A stretch of DNA of 64,000 nucleotides from Azolla caroliniana (GCA_043228905.1 JBHGNT010000008.1:21514001-21578000); one strand, 5' to 3'; positions 23,389-37,150 are shown, numbered from the stretch's first letter. The notes: generated from the sequence alone by a model not told the origin. Numbers and translations are program-made.

Positions 23389-26376
23389 CTATTCTTCGTC
23401 CAAAATGTCCAGAATGCTTTGTTCGAGAGGCTCCAATGGTTCATCTGGAAGTGGTTTTTGTTGTTGTTGCTCTGTTGCTGTCTGTTGCGGCGGGTCCGTT
23501 GGTGGTTGCTGCGGCTGCTCCTCCATTTGTGGCTCTGACACCGGCGTCTCCGTCGTTGCTCCCTGCGTCATAGTGGTCTCCGGTTGACTGGTTCCCGGCT
23601 GGCCCTCAGCCGGCGACAGTTCCTCATCACTAAGGTTAACCGTTGTCGCTTCCCGTGCTTTTTCTTCCCGAACCCAGGACCGCTCGTAGCGTTCAAACTG
23701 GATTTGAGTGTCCAGCCTATCATCGTCCAGCTGAGCTACGAGCTGCCTGACCTGCGCCAGCTGTTCATCTGCCAGGACTTGGAAGTCGTCAGCCAGCTCG
23801 TCCCGTATGGCGGTGAAGTCCTCGGAAGTCAACGTATAACAGTCATCTCCTTCCTTCCGTCGGTTTGCCACATCCGCCCGTAGCAACTGGAGTTCCGCCG
23901 CGTTTTGTGCCCACATTGTCCACCATTTTACGGAGCTTTCATCAATCAAGTGTTTTGTCTGATTCAGCCATGCTCGGAGGATGGACTGAATCCGGCTCGT
24001 TCCCAATTGCGATTTGGTTTCCGCCGCTTGCCGTTCCTCCTTCAGTTGTTTGATGATTTTGACGTTGTCCTCCGCCTGCGCCTTGTAATGCGTCAATTGC
24101 CTTTGATATGTGCTTTGTAATTTCTACAATACTGTTGACGCTCTCTCTTTGTCTTCCTGCTGCTGCCTCTGGAGCTCCATCCGGACCTTCTCCGCCTTGT
24201 CCAAGCGTCTTATATTTTCCGCCCGTTCGTCGGCGATTGCCATCACGGCCCGATCAACTGCCTGCTGGAGCTCGGCCATCCGTTCTTTATGCTCCGTTTC
24301 CAGCCGTTTGTAGTCCCGGTGCAGGTGCTCAAAATCATCCGTCTTTTGCTTGAGTCGTGCGTTGATCTGACGACGGGCCCGGTCCTCACGGTCCTTCTGC
24401 TAGCAGAGCTCTTCCTTTAGCCGTTCAATCTCTGTTTCCGTCGTTTTCCGCAGCTTGTCCTTTTCCTGCAGCACTTTGTCTTTCTCCTCCTTTAGCCAGT
24501 CATACGCTTGATGGCCTTTCCGGAGGCTCTCCTCTGCCCGGCGGAGGTTCTCAGCAGTCTTCTTTAATTCGGCTTCGGTCGCCGTCTTCAATTCTCGTTC
24601 ACGGCTCCTTAGCGCTTCTTGTGCGGCAAGTTCATCTCTCAATTCCGCAAGCTCCTAAGTTTGCGCCGCATCTCTCGCCGGAACGGTTTCCGTTGTCGGG
24701 GTCTTATTGCTATGTACAAGTCGTTCCGTTTCTTTATTCTGTACACTTATCGGAGTCACCGGTGATTGGATCCGTATTTTGGCCATCTCTGTCATGACCT
24801 GATCCAAGTCTTTTTCAAGGCACCGAATTCTGGACCGGGCCGTCTCTAGTTGTTTGGTTGTGACGAGCAACCGTTCGCTTTGCGCTCTTTCTTCCGCCTC
24901 AATATACCCCACTGCTCCGGCTATCTGTTCGCCTATCCACCGGAGCCACAGGCTACCGGTGCCTTGTTGTGCTTGCACGGAGGTTTGACAGATGGGCTCA
25001 CTTGTAGAGGGGTGGTTCCGCCTGGTTGCGCCGAGTTGCAGTTCCGTTTCTGCCTGTGGACCACCCTGCTGTCCTGGTTCCCCTTACGCTTCTTCTTAGC
25101 TGACCAAGGGAGGTTGCATTGACCTTTCCGGCTCTGGCGGGATGGGACTTGTCGGTGTTGCCGGTGGTGCCGGGGCTTCTGTTTCCGGTTCCATATGCAC
25201 CGGTTCCGGTTCCTTCCTTGGTGTGGGAGTCTCAGTATGGGGAGCCGGTGTTCCCTCCGTCTGAGGGTCCGAATGTTTCCCGGCTGCCTCAACGGTCCTT
25301 GCCGACGACCGTCGCTGGAGGTGCTCCGTAGGCTCCTCCTCTATTTCCTCCTCCTGAGCTCCGGCATTGAGTTTTGCCGCCAAGGGGTCCGCTTCTCTAT
25401 TCACCGGTCGGCGGAGTGTGACCTTTACGGGTCGTACCGGTGGTTCCTCCTGCGCCTCCGTTGGGCGCTTCCGGCTGCCGCTTCCTGCTGCCGCCTGTTC
25501 TGCATCCGTCGCCTTTCCCTTAGTGGCCTTAGAGGCCAACAGCTGTTGCCGTTTGGAAGCCGTCCTTGGGGTGCCGTCCGCCACTCTTCCTCGCTTCTTG
25601 GGCTGGACGGTCTGGACGGGTGGCACAAGCAAAGTGAGCCACTGCGTTACGGCGTGCCATATCCTCCGTCCGTCTCGGCCTTCTTTGCCGTCTTTGCCTC
25701 TGACGATCTCGATCGCCGCACACAACCCGTCTGCGATCAATACCGGCCAATCCACCTTGATCCCTTCATAGGTGGCGATGATCATCCCTGCCCGGTTCTG
25801 CGGCATGACAGGGGGTCTAGGGTACATGTGGCCGTATTCATGGAGCACACGAGCAATTTCGGGGAACAACATATCTCCGCCGCCCTGTGTCCGGTAGCCC
25901 TTGCTGGCTAGAGAGTATTCACCAAAATACCTGATGAGTTGCTCCGGGGTTGGATTGTCGATCGTGAGTATGCCTCCCTCCGGAAGGCCTGTTAACGCTC
26001 GAATTGCCTCTGCCGTTATGACCTCTGTATCGATTTCCTTGATCACTTTGTCGACTTCTTTGTGTGGCGGTACTTCCATCATCCACAAGAAGCCCTCGAG
26101 CCCATGTTGCTTCAGCCATGTCTTGGCGGTTTCCGACAGTGTTTGCGGGTCCATGTCTGTGTCGAGGTCGGATGGCGATGGCGAGGTTGGATGGTGATGA
26201 GAGTGAGGTTGAGAAAGAGAGAGTTCAGAAGGCGGGGGTTCTCTATGCGCAGGTTCTCGTCTGATGATCTTGCAACGTCTTGGTGCTTCTGTGCTCCTAG
26301 GTTCGCGAAAGTAGAGGGTCTCTACGCGCAGTGGTTTTTGTCTGTGCATTCTGGCGTCTTTTTCGAGTGTGTGCAT
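23389..26376 (-). pseudogene. Extra ~995-codon ORF 3' of pol (PMD-like N-terminus, Pro/Glu linker, long coiled coil), broken by in-frame stops
   Basis: ORFs 25096-26376, 24655-24978, 24400-24642 and 23389-24096 are all in one frame; motif ITAEAIRALTGLP; E/K/R/Q heptad-rich region. Confidence 0.75.
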
Positions 26377-26527
26377 GTCGCGTACTTAAAATAGCATTAT
26401 GTCCTGTGGTGGTGCTTAAAATGCCCACTACGTACCTTTTCGCTCCTCGCTCTTTCATCCATTCATTCCTCGCTTTTGCATGATTGTTTTTTTTTTTTTT
26501 CCAGTTATTATTATTATTAGTGTGACG

Positions 26528-29500
26528 TCACTTGTCTGTTGGTCCTCTCGGACCCTTACCGGCCTCATTCTCCCCAGTTACCGGCTCGCCTTCTCTGCCG
26601 TCTTGGTGGTTGCCGTTTCCCTCGCTGGTGTCGGTCCTTCGCTCAAATGGGTTCTTAGGCATCGGTCCTCTATATGCCTTTAACCGGAATCTGTTGACCC
26701 ATTTGCCTAGCACTTCGCCGCAAGTGTCCCTAACTAGTAGGACCCATTATACTCCCGTGTTAGCCAATATGGTCCTGTCCATCTAAACCGTAGCTTACCT
26801 GGCATCTTGCCAATCCGGGTTTGGAATACTAACACCGGTTTGCCGATTGCGAACATTTTTTCGTTACCTTTCCTGTGTCGGTCGACAAATGCTTTCCGTC
26901 GCCGTTGCTCCAATTCTAAATGTAGGATGTTGGCCAGTCATTGTTCCTCGAGCTCACACAGCGCTGTCAACCTTATTGCCTCCGACTCCTTCTCGTTCAG
27001 CCGTTCCCGTAGCTGGATCCGTAAGCTAGGTACTTGGAATTCTACCGGCATGACCGCCTCTAGTCCGAACGCTAACCGGAACGGTGTTGTTCGGATGCTC
27101 GTTTTGTATGCCGTCCGGTATGCCCAAAGCGCGCTATGTAGCTTTGTGTCCCAATCCGTCCGGTTTTCGTTGACGATCTTTCGGAGGATATTCTGGAGCG
27201 TCTTGTTTGTTGATTCCGCTAAACTGTTCGCCTGTGGGTAGTAAGGTGTGCTCCGTTTGTGTACAATGGCATAGAAGGTCGTCAGGCTTTCCACTACTTG
27301 GCCGAGAAAGTGCCCCCCTTGGTCACTTATCAATTCAATGGGGCATCCGTAACGGCACCAGATGTACTCATATAGAAACTTTGTCGTTGACGCAGCGGTG
27401 TTATCCCGTAAAGCTTTGGCCTCCACCCATTTCGTGCAGTAATCCGTAGCAACAATAATGTACCGATTACCCGTTCTCATTGCCGGTGGCTTGAACGGTC
27501 CTACAAAGTCCAGCCCCCACTTTTGGAATGGCTCGAGTGGTAGTACCGGCTGGTGTGGCATACGAGCCTGCTCCGTTGGCTGGCCCATTCTCTGGCATAG
27601 GTCACATTCTTTTGCGTACCGTACCGCATCTCTTAATGTCGTTGGTCACCATAGGCCACTTTGCCATATTTTTTTGGCCGTCGCATCTCCGGCATAGTGA
27701 CCTCCAACAACTCCGCAGTGGGCTTCCCTCAGTATTAGTTCCTTTTCATCGCTGTGACCGCCCGTCTCCATATGCCGTCCGTGCCCTTGTGGTACAGTGT
27801 GTCTTGTAGTAAGCAGAAATGTCGGCTTTGCACCGCCAGGCGTTTCCGTTCGTCCCGGTTCGGCTCTTCCGGAGGCAGTCCTATGCTCAGAAACTGGTGC
27901 ATATTTGTGAGCCACTTGTCTTCCTGGGCCACCGTCTCATTTGCTGTCGTCTCCGTAGTGACTCGAAACAGCTCCGCATCCGGAAACTCATCCGGTACTC
28001 CGTCACCCGTCTCTCCGGACTCCAATCGGCTTAAGTAATCCGCTACGGCATGCTGTATACCGGGTCGGTGGAATATTTCAAACTCGAACTCCTGTAACAA
28101 TAAGGTCCACCGGGCCAATTTGCCGGTGAGTGACGCCTTGGACACCAGGTAAAGGAGTGCCGAATGATCTACATGGAAGGAAAACTTCCTTCCCAATAAA
28201 TAGTGCCAAAACTTTGTCACACTGTAGATCATCCCTAGAGCTTCCCGTTCTGTGGTAGAGTAGTTTCGTTCTGCTTGGGATAGCTTTCGGCTGGCATAGT
28301 ACACTGGCCGGTACCACTTTGGCTCCGTAAGCTACATAAGTACGCTTTCGATTGCGATGTCGGAGGCATCCACGAAGACGTGAAATTCTTTACTCCAATC
28401 CGGAGGTTGTACTACCGGTGCCTACGACAATAGTACCTTGAGGGCCTTATACGCCCTATCCTTAGTGTCGGTCCACTGGTATGGTGCCCGATGTACGGCG
28501 GCATGCAACAGTGTAGCCAGGTCGGCCAAGTATCGGAGCATCCGGCTGTGCCACCGGATCTGGCCTAAGAACCGGCTTAATGTCGTTGCCGTTGCCGGCA
28601 CCGGTGCTTCTAATATGGCTTTCACTTTGTCCGGGTCGACTGCAATACCTTCCTGGCTCACAATATGTCCTAATAAAGTTCCACTGGACACGCCAAATAC
28701 ACACTTTGCCGGATTCAAGCTTAGCCGGTATGCTCTACACTTTTCTAGACAAAGACGGAGGTGCTAAAAATGGTCCTCCTCCCGGCTATAGACGGCGAAA
28801 TCGTCAAGGAAAACCTGCATAAAAGCCGGTATATATTCACCAAAGATTTCCATGATGATTCGTTGAAATGTTGCCGGTGCCGTTTTGAGTCCGAACATCA
28901 TCACCACGGCCACAAACACCCCCCATTCGGTGACGAATGTCGTTTTCTCTTGGTCATCGGGGTGCATCCGGATCTGATTATACCCGCCGAATCCGTCTAG
29001 GAAGCTATAGACCTCATGGCCGGCGACGACATCCAACACTCCATCTGTGAACGGAAGTGGAAACGCATCTGTTACCGTAGCCGCATTGATTTTCCGGTAG
29101 TCCACGCAAACTCGAATTTTTCCGTTCTTCTTCGGTACGACTACGATCGGGCTCAGCCATGTCGCTTTCTTTACCGGACGGATAAAGCCAACTCTTAGCA
29201 GTTTGTCGATTTCCTCCTTGACCTTGGCGGCATAATTGGGATTCATCTGGTACCGTCTTTGTGCCACTGGTTTTGCGTCCTTGCTCAAGTGCACTTGATG
29301 TTGGTATAACTGAGGGTCGAGTCCTCGCATGTCTTCGTATGACCAGGCAAACACATCGCGAAATTCCGTTAGAAGTGTTATCATCGCCGTTTTATCTTCG
29401 GACTTCATCTCCTTGGCGATGTGCACCAGTTTTGCTTCGTCCGTGGTGCCTAGGTTCACCTCTTCCAGTTGCGACGCTTTCACGCGCTGTGAAACGGCCA

Positions 29501-31730
29501 TTTCCCGTTCCAACGCTTCCTGCGCTTGCCGTAACTCCCGGATTGCGTCTTTATCCGGTTCTGCTTCAGCCTCTTTCGGTTGCGGTAAGTATGGTGCTAT
29601 TGCTTCGGCAATGTCAATTTCAAAGAGGGGTATGATCTTCGGGTTTTCCTGCAGGTATTGAGCTTCTTCTTCGTCTGCTAACCCTTCTAGCATGTTGACG
29701 CATTCCGCATACAACGGTGTACATTCCTTGCCAGTGCTCGTCCTTGGCTGTGTTGGTACCCGTACCTTGGCTTTTCCTTGCCGGAAGGTAATTATATTTT
29801 TTCGCCAATTCTGTTTGATATGTGCCGTTTTCAACCATGGCCGCCCCAGCAATAGCGGGTATGTGCCTTGTGCTTGTAATTGTAGCACTACGGCCGAGAT
29901 GTGAAATGTATGACCGCCGACGGTGACTTCTAATTTCCGTATTAATCCTGTCGGCCGCACTGAGCTTGTATCGGCCATCCGCAACCAGAACAGACACGGC
30001 TCCCACTCGTGGATTCCTACGTCATCACACGTCTAGAGGCTTATTACATTCACCCAGAGCCTCCGTCTATAACTGTGTCGGGGAGTTCTTTCCCTTTCAC
30101 AATGGCAGTGATTACCGGACTGCTGGTGTCCACCACCGTTGGTCCCTCCTCCGGATTTGAGAAGAGTACCGGTGCCGGTGATGGTTCTCCTGCCGTCATG
30201 GCCGTCTTCAGTCCTTCCGTGAATCTTGGCACGAGTTGTAGGAGTCTTCCTAGTGGTAACGTAATCTGGCATTCTTGCAACGCCTGCCATGTCTCGTTCT
30301 CGGAGTGACTACCGCCGGCAAGCCCTGCGATGTTCTCCTTTTGTTGTTGTAAGTCTATGACATTCTGCTCGTTTGCTTTCTTTACCCATTCCGTTGCTTG
30401 TTTCCGGATGGTCTCCTGTGTCTCCCATTCTTTGGCCATGCCCTTCGACCCTGTGGTCACCTACTGCAAATCCGCCACCTCAGGGACTACCATATTTACC
30501 GTCGGTCGTTTTTCATAGCTCTTCACCGGGCATTGGTTACTATAATGGCCTTCCTGTCGGCAGTAGTAGCAGTCGGCCTTCCGGGTATTGCTAGATTCGG
30601 CATTGTCTGTTGTACCCGGGGCAGGTCCTACGGTACGCGTGGGGTTTTGTACCGGTTGGCTACTTGGAGCTCCTTGTTCCGGATCCCGGGGGTAGCTGCC
30701 TTTTTTAAAATGTCGTTTTTTGTTATAGCTCTTCTTATTACGGTACTCTTGACGGGGTTGCCCATTATATCTGCCGTATTCCTCCCGTTGCTGACGATAC
30801 CCGGGGGAGTGCTCCCGGTCGTAATGTTCGTATCGTCTATTGTAATCCTGGTACCGATCATGCCGGTCATAGTTATCCCGCCGATCACCGTACCGGACAT
30901 CATTTTCCCGTCGATCGCCATACCGGACATCATTTTCCCGTCGCTCGCCATACCGGACATCCTGTGCCGGTCGGTCACGGTCACGGTCCATTCGCCGCCA
31001 GCGTTCGTCTTCATCCCGGCTGCTGCGTGGCTCAATTTGTCAGACGGGCGGTGCTTGCCGATTCAACAGATTATACTCGCACCTATCCGTTGTATGGCTC
31101 TTGGATTGACAGATTACACATTGCGTCCTCATAGTGCATTCTAGAGCCGAGTGTCCGGAATTCAAGCAGGTTGTGCACTGTATTGCTTGCCGAAACCGGA
31201 GGTCTTCATCGGACGGTAACGCCCGTTGAAGTGCTCCCAATGTGAGCCAGGAGCTTGTCTTTTCCATCTCTCTCACCCGGCCAATGACCTGGTCGATGGT
31301 ACTTGTGGGGAAGTCGATTACCGTGCGTACGGGTTCCCGGAGCGCGTTTAGGAATATAGTCCGTAATTCCTCTTCCGGAGGTGCGCGGGCAAGCTGACTA
31401 TGCATCCGTTGAAACCGGATGACAAATTTTCTCCGGCGTCGATGGTCTTTCCCGATTTGTTTCCGGCGTCGGTTGTTTTTCCTCTTCCTTTGGTGACGGA
31501 GGCCTCTCCTCTTCGACTTCCAGTGTCGGAGGTCGTTCTTCCTCTGCTGGTTCCGAGGGTTCCAGCGTTAGCACTTCCGGTTCCGGTGTCAGTAAAGTAT
31601 CTGATCCTTCGTTCTCCGGTCCGCCCGGGGTTTCGTTGCTGCTACGGTAGTTCGTGTGCACGTTGTATTCCCCTTCGGAGTCCGATTCATATGCTGAAAA
31701 GGCTTCTGCTTCGCCTTCTCTGTTTGCCAA
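26528..31730 (-). pseudogene. gag-pol of the Athila-like element, with stops and frameshifts
   Basis: ORF pieces 31398-31730, 31040-31405, 30461-30991, 30050-30460, 28764-29984, 28422-28718, 27735-28304, 26938-27588 and 26528-26713 in gag-PR-RT-RH-INT order. Confidence 0.92.
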
Positions 31731-32498
31731 CGCGTGGAGAAGGGATTCGGTTTCCCGGAGGCTGCTTAGGTTGCTGCCGTCGTCCGGGTGCGATGTTTGC
31801 TGTAACCAGAGGGAGTCCTCCGCTACTCTCTGGATTACGTTGGAAAACGAGCGATCCGCTCTAATTTCCTGCGCCGCTTGCTAGAAAGCCTCGCGTCTCC
31901 TTTGCCTTTCGGCAAGGCATCGAGTTCGATCTATAACCAGGTCGTGCGTTGATCTAGACATCCATCCGTGCCGTCGTTCGCTGCAAAAACAGGAATCGTG
32001 GTCGCCAAAAACTGTGTTAACTCTTCGGGCCGGACAATGGCCTAACACAGGGTGTCTACGGGAGACACTTCACCAAAGGGTGTTACGGCAACCGGATTAG
32101 ACTTCAACGCTTAATCTGACTTAATTAAGTTACTTATTAGGATCGTCTTTCATAACACGCGTAAGATATAACAATTACGACAGAACGGCAATTGACACAG
32201 AGAGATAACAACGCTTAAGCTTTCATTAATTAACCGCTAACTATTACATTGTATCCGGGCCTTTAAATAGGTTTCCGGTCTGTATTACAAAACGGTGCCA
32301 TCCGCACCTGTTCGGGATCGGTCCGGATCCGGAACGGCATACCGTTTCCGGTCCATCCGTCCACACTCATAGCTTAATTACAACCACATTCCTACTACTT
32401 AATTAACTCTCCGTTTCCCACTCTGGACTCCTTTGCCGGCCGGTAACAGCCTTGTCATCCGTGTTCCATCTGAGTCTGTGGTTGGTGTGTCCGTGACC

Positions 32499-34417
32499 GA
32501 TTGTAGTTGCCAATCAGGTCTTATTGGCTTTAACATGGTATGTTCTGACCGTTGGATATTCTCCAAGTCGTGTATTCTGAAAATATGGAGACTAATTCGT
32601 AATTTCTTGTGGTTCGGTAAAACGGAAGACAATGCTCAGTTTAAAGTGAAATGGAATGTTATTACCTTACCTCATTCTAAAGGAGGATTAGGTATTATTG
32701 ATCCAGTAGACCAATCAAGAGCATTGTTAAGTAAGATGCTCATTAGAGGATATACTATGGAGCAAGAGATATGGAAAGTATTATTACTTGACCGTTGTTC
32801 AAATTGCTCTCCTCGTTTAGGTGCCCCTCGATGAAGGATGTAAACTAGATATTTAGGGAAATTTTTTGAGTACCTTCAGCCAATAGATGGGAAGACAAAT
32901 TTGTTAGGACACTATTTTCAACATGGAAACAAGTATTACCTGGTTTGCTTCGCAATAAACCCAACCCCAAACATTATCTTGAGTATCTCAGACAAAGGAT
33001 AATTTGGAACCCACAGTTTACAACATCAGATGGTTTATTGTTAGGTTCTAGACAATGGTTATCGTGGGAAAAAATGACAGAAGGTCCTACGAAATCAGTT
33101 AGAACTTAGCAAGAATTTTTATCGTGTTCATGGGAAGAGCAAAAAGAAATCCTAGGTAATATGCAGGGCGGTCAAATAATGTATCAACAAATTCAGGAAG
33201 CTACGAGTAGACTCACCATACCACCCAATAACTCTAACCACAAATGAGTTGGGGTTTTTTCAAGATTGGAAGTACTCTTGATTGTTAAGGGGTATTTAGA
33301 GGATAAGACCTACTAGTTTTTTGAGGTGGATGAAACAAATCAATCGTCTTGGTTGAGGGAAATGGTGATATATTACCCTTATGCTATTGAACACAAGATA
33401 AGGGTCATCAGATATGCCGATCGTAAATGGTATATTGATCCACTAATAGAGGAAATAAGGGCACATTAGGAGTTGTGGGTGTTGGCTAGATTGGGACCCA
33501 ATTGATTATCAATGGACAAATCCTTTTATGGGTAACAAGTTCAATTTCTTCCAATATTCTGTACAGTTGGGAAGACATGTGCTTTCAGATACACGAGATG
33601 TGTTACCGGCAACATTTCAATATTGGAATCAACAAGGTATTACTCCCCAATTCCTTGCAAACTTCTGGGTTATCATATGGGCAAGAAAACAACCACACCA
33701 AATATTGCATGTACAATGGTTACTTGTACATTGAGCCTTGCCGGTTGGCACATGGTTGCATAGGATGGGTGTATCTTTTGGTTGTGCTCGATGCCATTAC
33801 AAACAGAAACTCAAAAACATTGTTTATGGGAATGCATTGAGTCTTAGTGGATATGCCAATGTCTCCTTAGAGTTTTTGCTAACTATTTTCTCCCATTGGT
33901 TTTCGCTTGGAGCATGGTGGTTTGGGCATCACTTGCCCGTGATGCGTTCCATTATGACGTTGAATCTATGGACCATGGATTTTACACTAAATTTGGAAGT
34001 GTTCATGCATTACCATTGTTGTCATTATAGTTTTTAGGAATACGGAAGGAAGTCCAACTAGTATGGGAGATATTGAGTAGTACGACTGTATATCACATTT
34101 AGAAGGCTCGACGCTCTCTCGTTTTCCATCAACTTAAAACAACACAGCTGAATTGGTTTCAAATATTTGGTTACACATAGTTCATACTTTAAAGGGTCAA
34201 TGGGATGGTATAGTTGGAGATTCTGATGCTAAAATTGCTCGACGACTTGAGTTTCTTATCATCTGGACAACTACTACATTCATGACATCCAATTACGACA
34301 CTCCTTATTGGCATTTTCAACCTCCGAAATGGTTATTTCCGCCGCCGCCAATCACATAGAGTTTAAAATATTGTAAAATGTGTACACTAATGACAGGATC
34401 TTCTTTAAAAAAAAAAG
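32499..34417 (+). mobile_element. LINE copy A, 3' part
   Basis: LIRNFLW...KGGLGIID; zf-RVT-like CARC; poly(A) at ~34407-34417; collinear with copy B. Confidence 0.92.
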
Positions 34418-34419
34418 AT

Positions 34420-34597
34420 GCATACATAACATACATAACATACATGCATACCATACATACATAGATACATAGCTACATCCATCCATCCATCCATACATAC
34501 ATACATACATACATACATACATTAATGACATGATATCTATTATCTTCTTTAAAAAAGAAAAAGAAAAACATATGCATACATAACATACATAACATAC
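34420..34597. repeat. (CATA)n/(CATC)n microsatellite containing a ~50-bp LINE 3'-tail remnant (34518-34568)
   Basis: acattaatgacatgat...tctttaaaaaagaaaaag resembles the LINE end acactaatgacaggat...tctttaaaaa. Confidence 0.8.
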
Positions 34598-36873
34598 ATG
34601 CCCTATACTTGAAAGGTGATTTGGAAATTTTGCTAAAAACAGAAATGGCCATATCTACATTATGTAAGGCTTCAAGTGCATTGGTTAATTGGAACAAGTC
34701 CTATGCATTTTGGGTGGGAGATGTAAATCCTCCGTAATGGAATCCACATACGCAATTTCGATGGATACCATCAGGTTGCCCAGTTCGATACCTAGGATGT
34801 ACTATAGGTATTGATCTTTCGATGGAAAATCAAGCGGCTCCCCTCTTAGTGTCTTTGAGGCAAAAATTGTTATTATGGAGTTCAACCAAGTTGTCTTTTG
34901 TTGGTCAGATTGTAGTTGCCAATTAGGTTTTATTGGCTTCAACATGGTATGTTTTGTCGTGTTGAATATTCTCCAAGTCATGTATTCTAAAAATATGCAG
35001 ATTGATTCGTAATTTTCTATGGTCTGGCAAATCAGAAGGCAATGCTCGGTCTAAAGTAAAATGGGATGTTATTACCTTACCTCGCTCTAAAGGGGGACTA
35101 GGCATTATTGATCCAGTAGACCAATCAAGAGCATTATTAAGTAAGTTGCTCATTAGAGGATTTATGACGGGGAAAGAGATATGGAAAGTACTATTGCTTG
35201 ACCATTGTTCAGATTGCTCTCCTCGATTAGGTGCCCCTTGGTCTAAGGATGTAAATTGGATATTTAGGGAAAATTTCATAGTACCTACAACCAACAAGTG
35301 GGAAGACAAGTTTATTAGAACATTATTTTCAGCATGGAAACAAGTATTACCTGGTTTGCTTTGCAATAAACCTAAACCCAAACATTATCTTGAGTATCTT
35401 AGACAAATGATAGTTTGGAATATGTTGTTTACAACATCAGATGGTTCACTGTTGGGTTCTAGACAATGGTTATCGTGGGGAAAAATGGCAGAAGGTCCTG
35501 CAAAAACTGTTCAGACATGGCAACGTTTTTTATCACGGTCATGAGAAGAACAAAAAGAAATCCTAGGTAGTATGCATGGTGGCCAAATAATGTATCAATA
35601 AATTCAAGATGCTATGAGTAGATTCCCCATTCCACCCAATAACTCTAGCCACATATGGGTTGGGATTTATTCAAGATTGGAAGTACTCTTGGCTGTTAAG
35701 GGATATTCAGATGATAAGACCTACCGATCTTTTGAGGTGGATGAAGCAAACCAATTGACACAGTCCGGGGGAATGAGGATAGATTACCCTTATGCTCTGG
35801 AGCACAAGATAAGAGTCATCGGATATGCTGACCGGAAATGGTACATTGATCCAATGATTGAGGAAATAAAGACACATTGGAAGTTGTGGGTGTTGGCTAA
35901 AAAACTGGTATTCAAATTAGAATGGGATCCAATGGATTATCAGTGGACAGATCCTTTTACGGGTAACAAGTTCAATTTCTTCCAATATTCTGTACAGTTA
36001 GGAAGACATGTGCTTTTAGATACACGAGATGTGATACCGGCCGCATTTCAATATTGGAATCAACAAGGTATTACTCCCCAATTCCTTGCAAATTTCTGGG
36101 TGGTATTATGGGCAAGAAAACAACCGCATCAAATATTGCATGTATAATGGTTACTTGTACATCGAGCCTTGCCGGTTGGCACATGGATGCATAGGATGGG
36201 AGTAGATTCTACTTGTGCACGATGCCATTTACAAATGGAAACTCAAAAACATTGCTTATGGGAATGTACTGAGTCTCAACTGATATGGCAACGTCTCCTT
36301 AGAATTTTTGCTAACTATTTCTCCCCATTGGTTTTCACTTGGGGCATGGTGGTTTGGACATCTCTTGTTCGTGATGCATTTCATTATGACACCGAATCTA
36401 TGGACCATGGATTTTGCACTAAATTTGGAAGAGTTCATAAAGTGCCATTGTTGTCATTACAGTTTATAGGAATACGAAAGGAAGTCCAACCAGTATGGGA
36501 GATATTGAGTAGTACCACTATATATCATATTTGGAAGGTTAGGTGCTCTCTTATTTTCCATTAGCTGAAAACACCACCGACCGAATTGGTTTCAAATATT
36601 TGGTTAGACATAGTTCATACTTTGAAGGGACAATGGGATGGTATTATTAGAGATTCTGATGCTAAAATTGCTCAATGGCATGAGTTTATCACTATATGGG
36701 AAGCTACTCCATTCATGAGACAGCCAACTGTGGTACTCCTTATTGGCATTTTCAAACTCTGAAATGGTTGTCCCCCCCCCCCCCTCCCCCAATCACATAG
36801 AATTTTAATTTTGTAAAATGATTACACTAATGACAGGATGTCTTTAATAATAAAAAAAAGAAAAAGAAAAAAA
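34598..36873 (+). mobile_element. LINE copy B, 5'-truncated, same family as copy A
   Basis: Starts at ALYLKGD just after the RT catalytic motif; MIRNFLWSG, KGGLGIID, CARCHLQMETQKHCLWEC; A-rich tail at 36850-36873. Confidence 0.93.
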
Positions 36874-36874
36874 G

Positions 36875-37041
36875 CTACATGCATACCATACATAAATAGA
36901 TACATAGCTACATCCATCCATCCATCCATCCATAGATACATAACTACATACATGCATACCATACCTACATAGCTACATACATGCATACCATAAATACATA
37001 CATACATACATACATACATACATAGCTACATACATGCATAC

Positions 37042-37073
<32 letters not shown>

Positions 37074-37116
37074 CATACATACATACATACATACATAGCT
37101 ACATACATGCATACCA

Positions 37117-37150
<34 letters not shown>

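Larger units (their letters stand above)
22901..32448 (-). mobile_element. Athila-like (non-chromoviral) Ty3/gypsy element with 434-bp LTRs (22901-23334, 32015-32448)
   Basis: TSD GCCTT; LTRs differ by ~12 transitions; PBS TGGCGACCAC (31998-32007, -); gag with CCHC knuckles, protease VIDGGSG, RT (FLDGF, FLDD), RNase H, integrase (WGLDFVGPF); no chromodomain or extra RNase H seen. Confidence 0.95.
20026..32498 (+). mobile_element. Non-autonomous self-priming LTR element (5' LTR 20026-20545; internal 20546-21806; 3' LTR 21807-32498 split by two insertions)
   Basis: TSD GATTG (20021-20025 and 32499-32503); LTR ends tgtcacg...cgtgac; PPT aaaggggagga just before 21807; no gag or pol in the internal region. 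Confidence 0.9.

Noticed and set aside
25195-31864. Long + strand ORFs (e.g. 25195-25911, 30398-31144)
   Set aside because: Antisense shadows of GC-rich retroelement coding sequence.
22901-32448. LTRs oriented on + with gag-pol antisense
   Set aside because: TATA and polyA-like signals and a normal PBS lie on -, and no PPT precedes the right LTR on +. Disfavoured but not fully excluded without TSS data.
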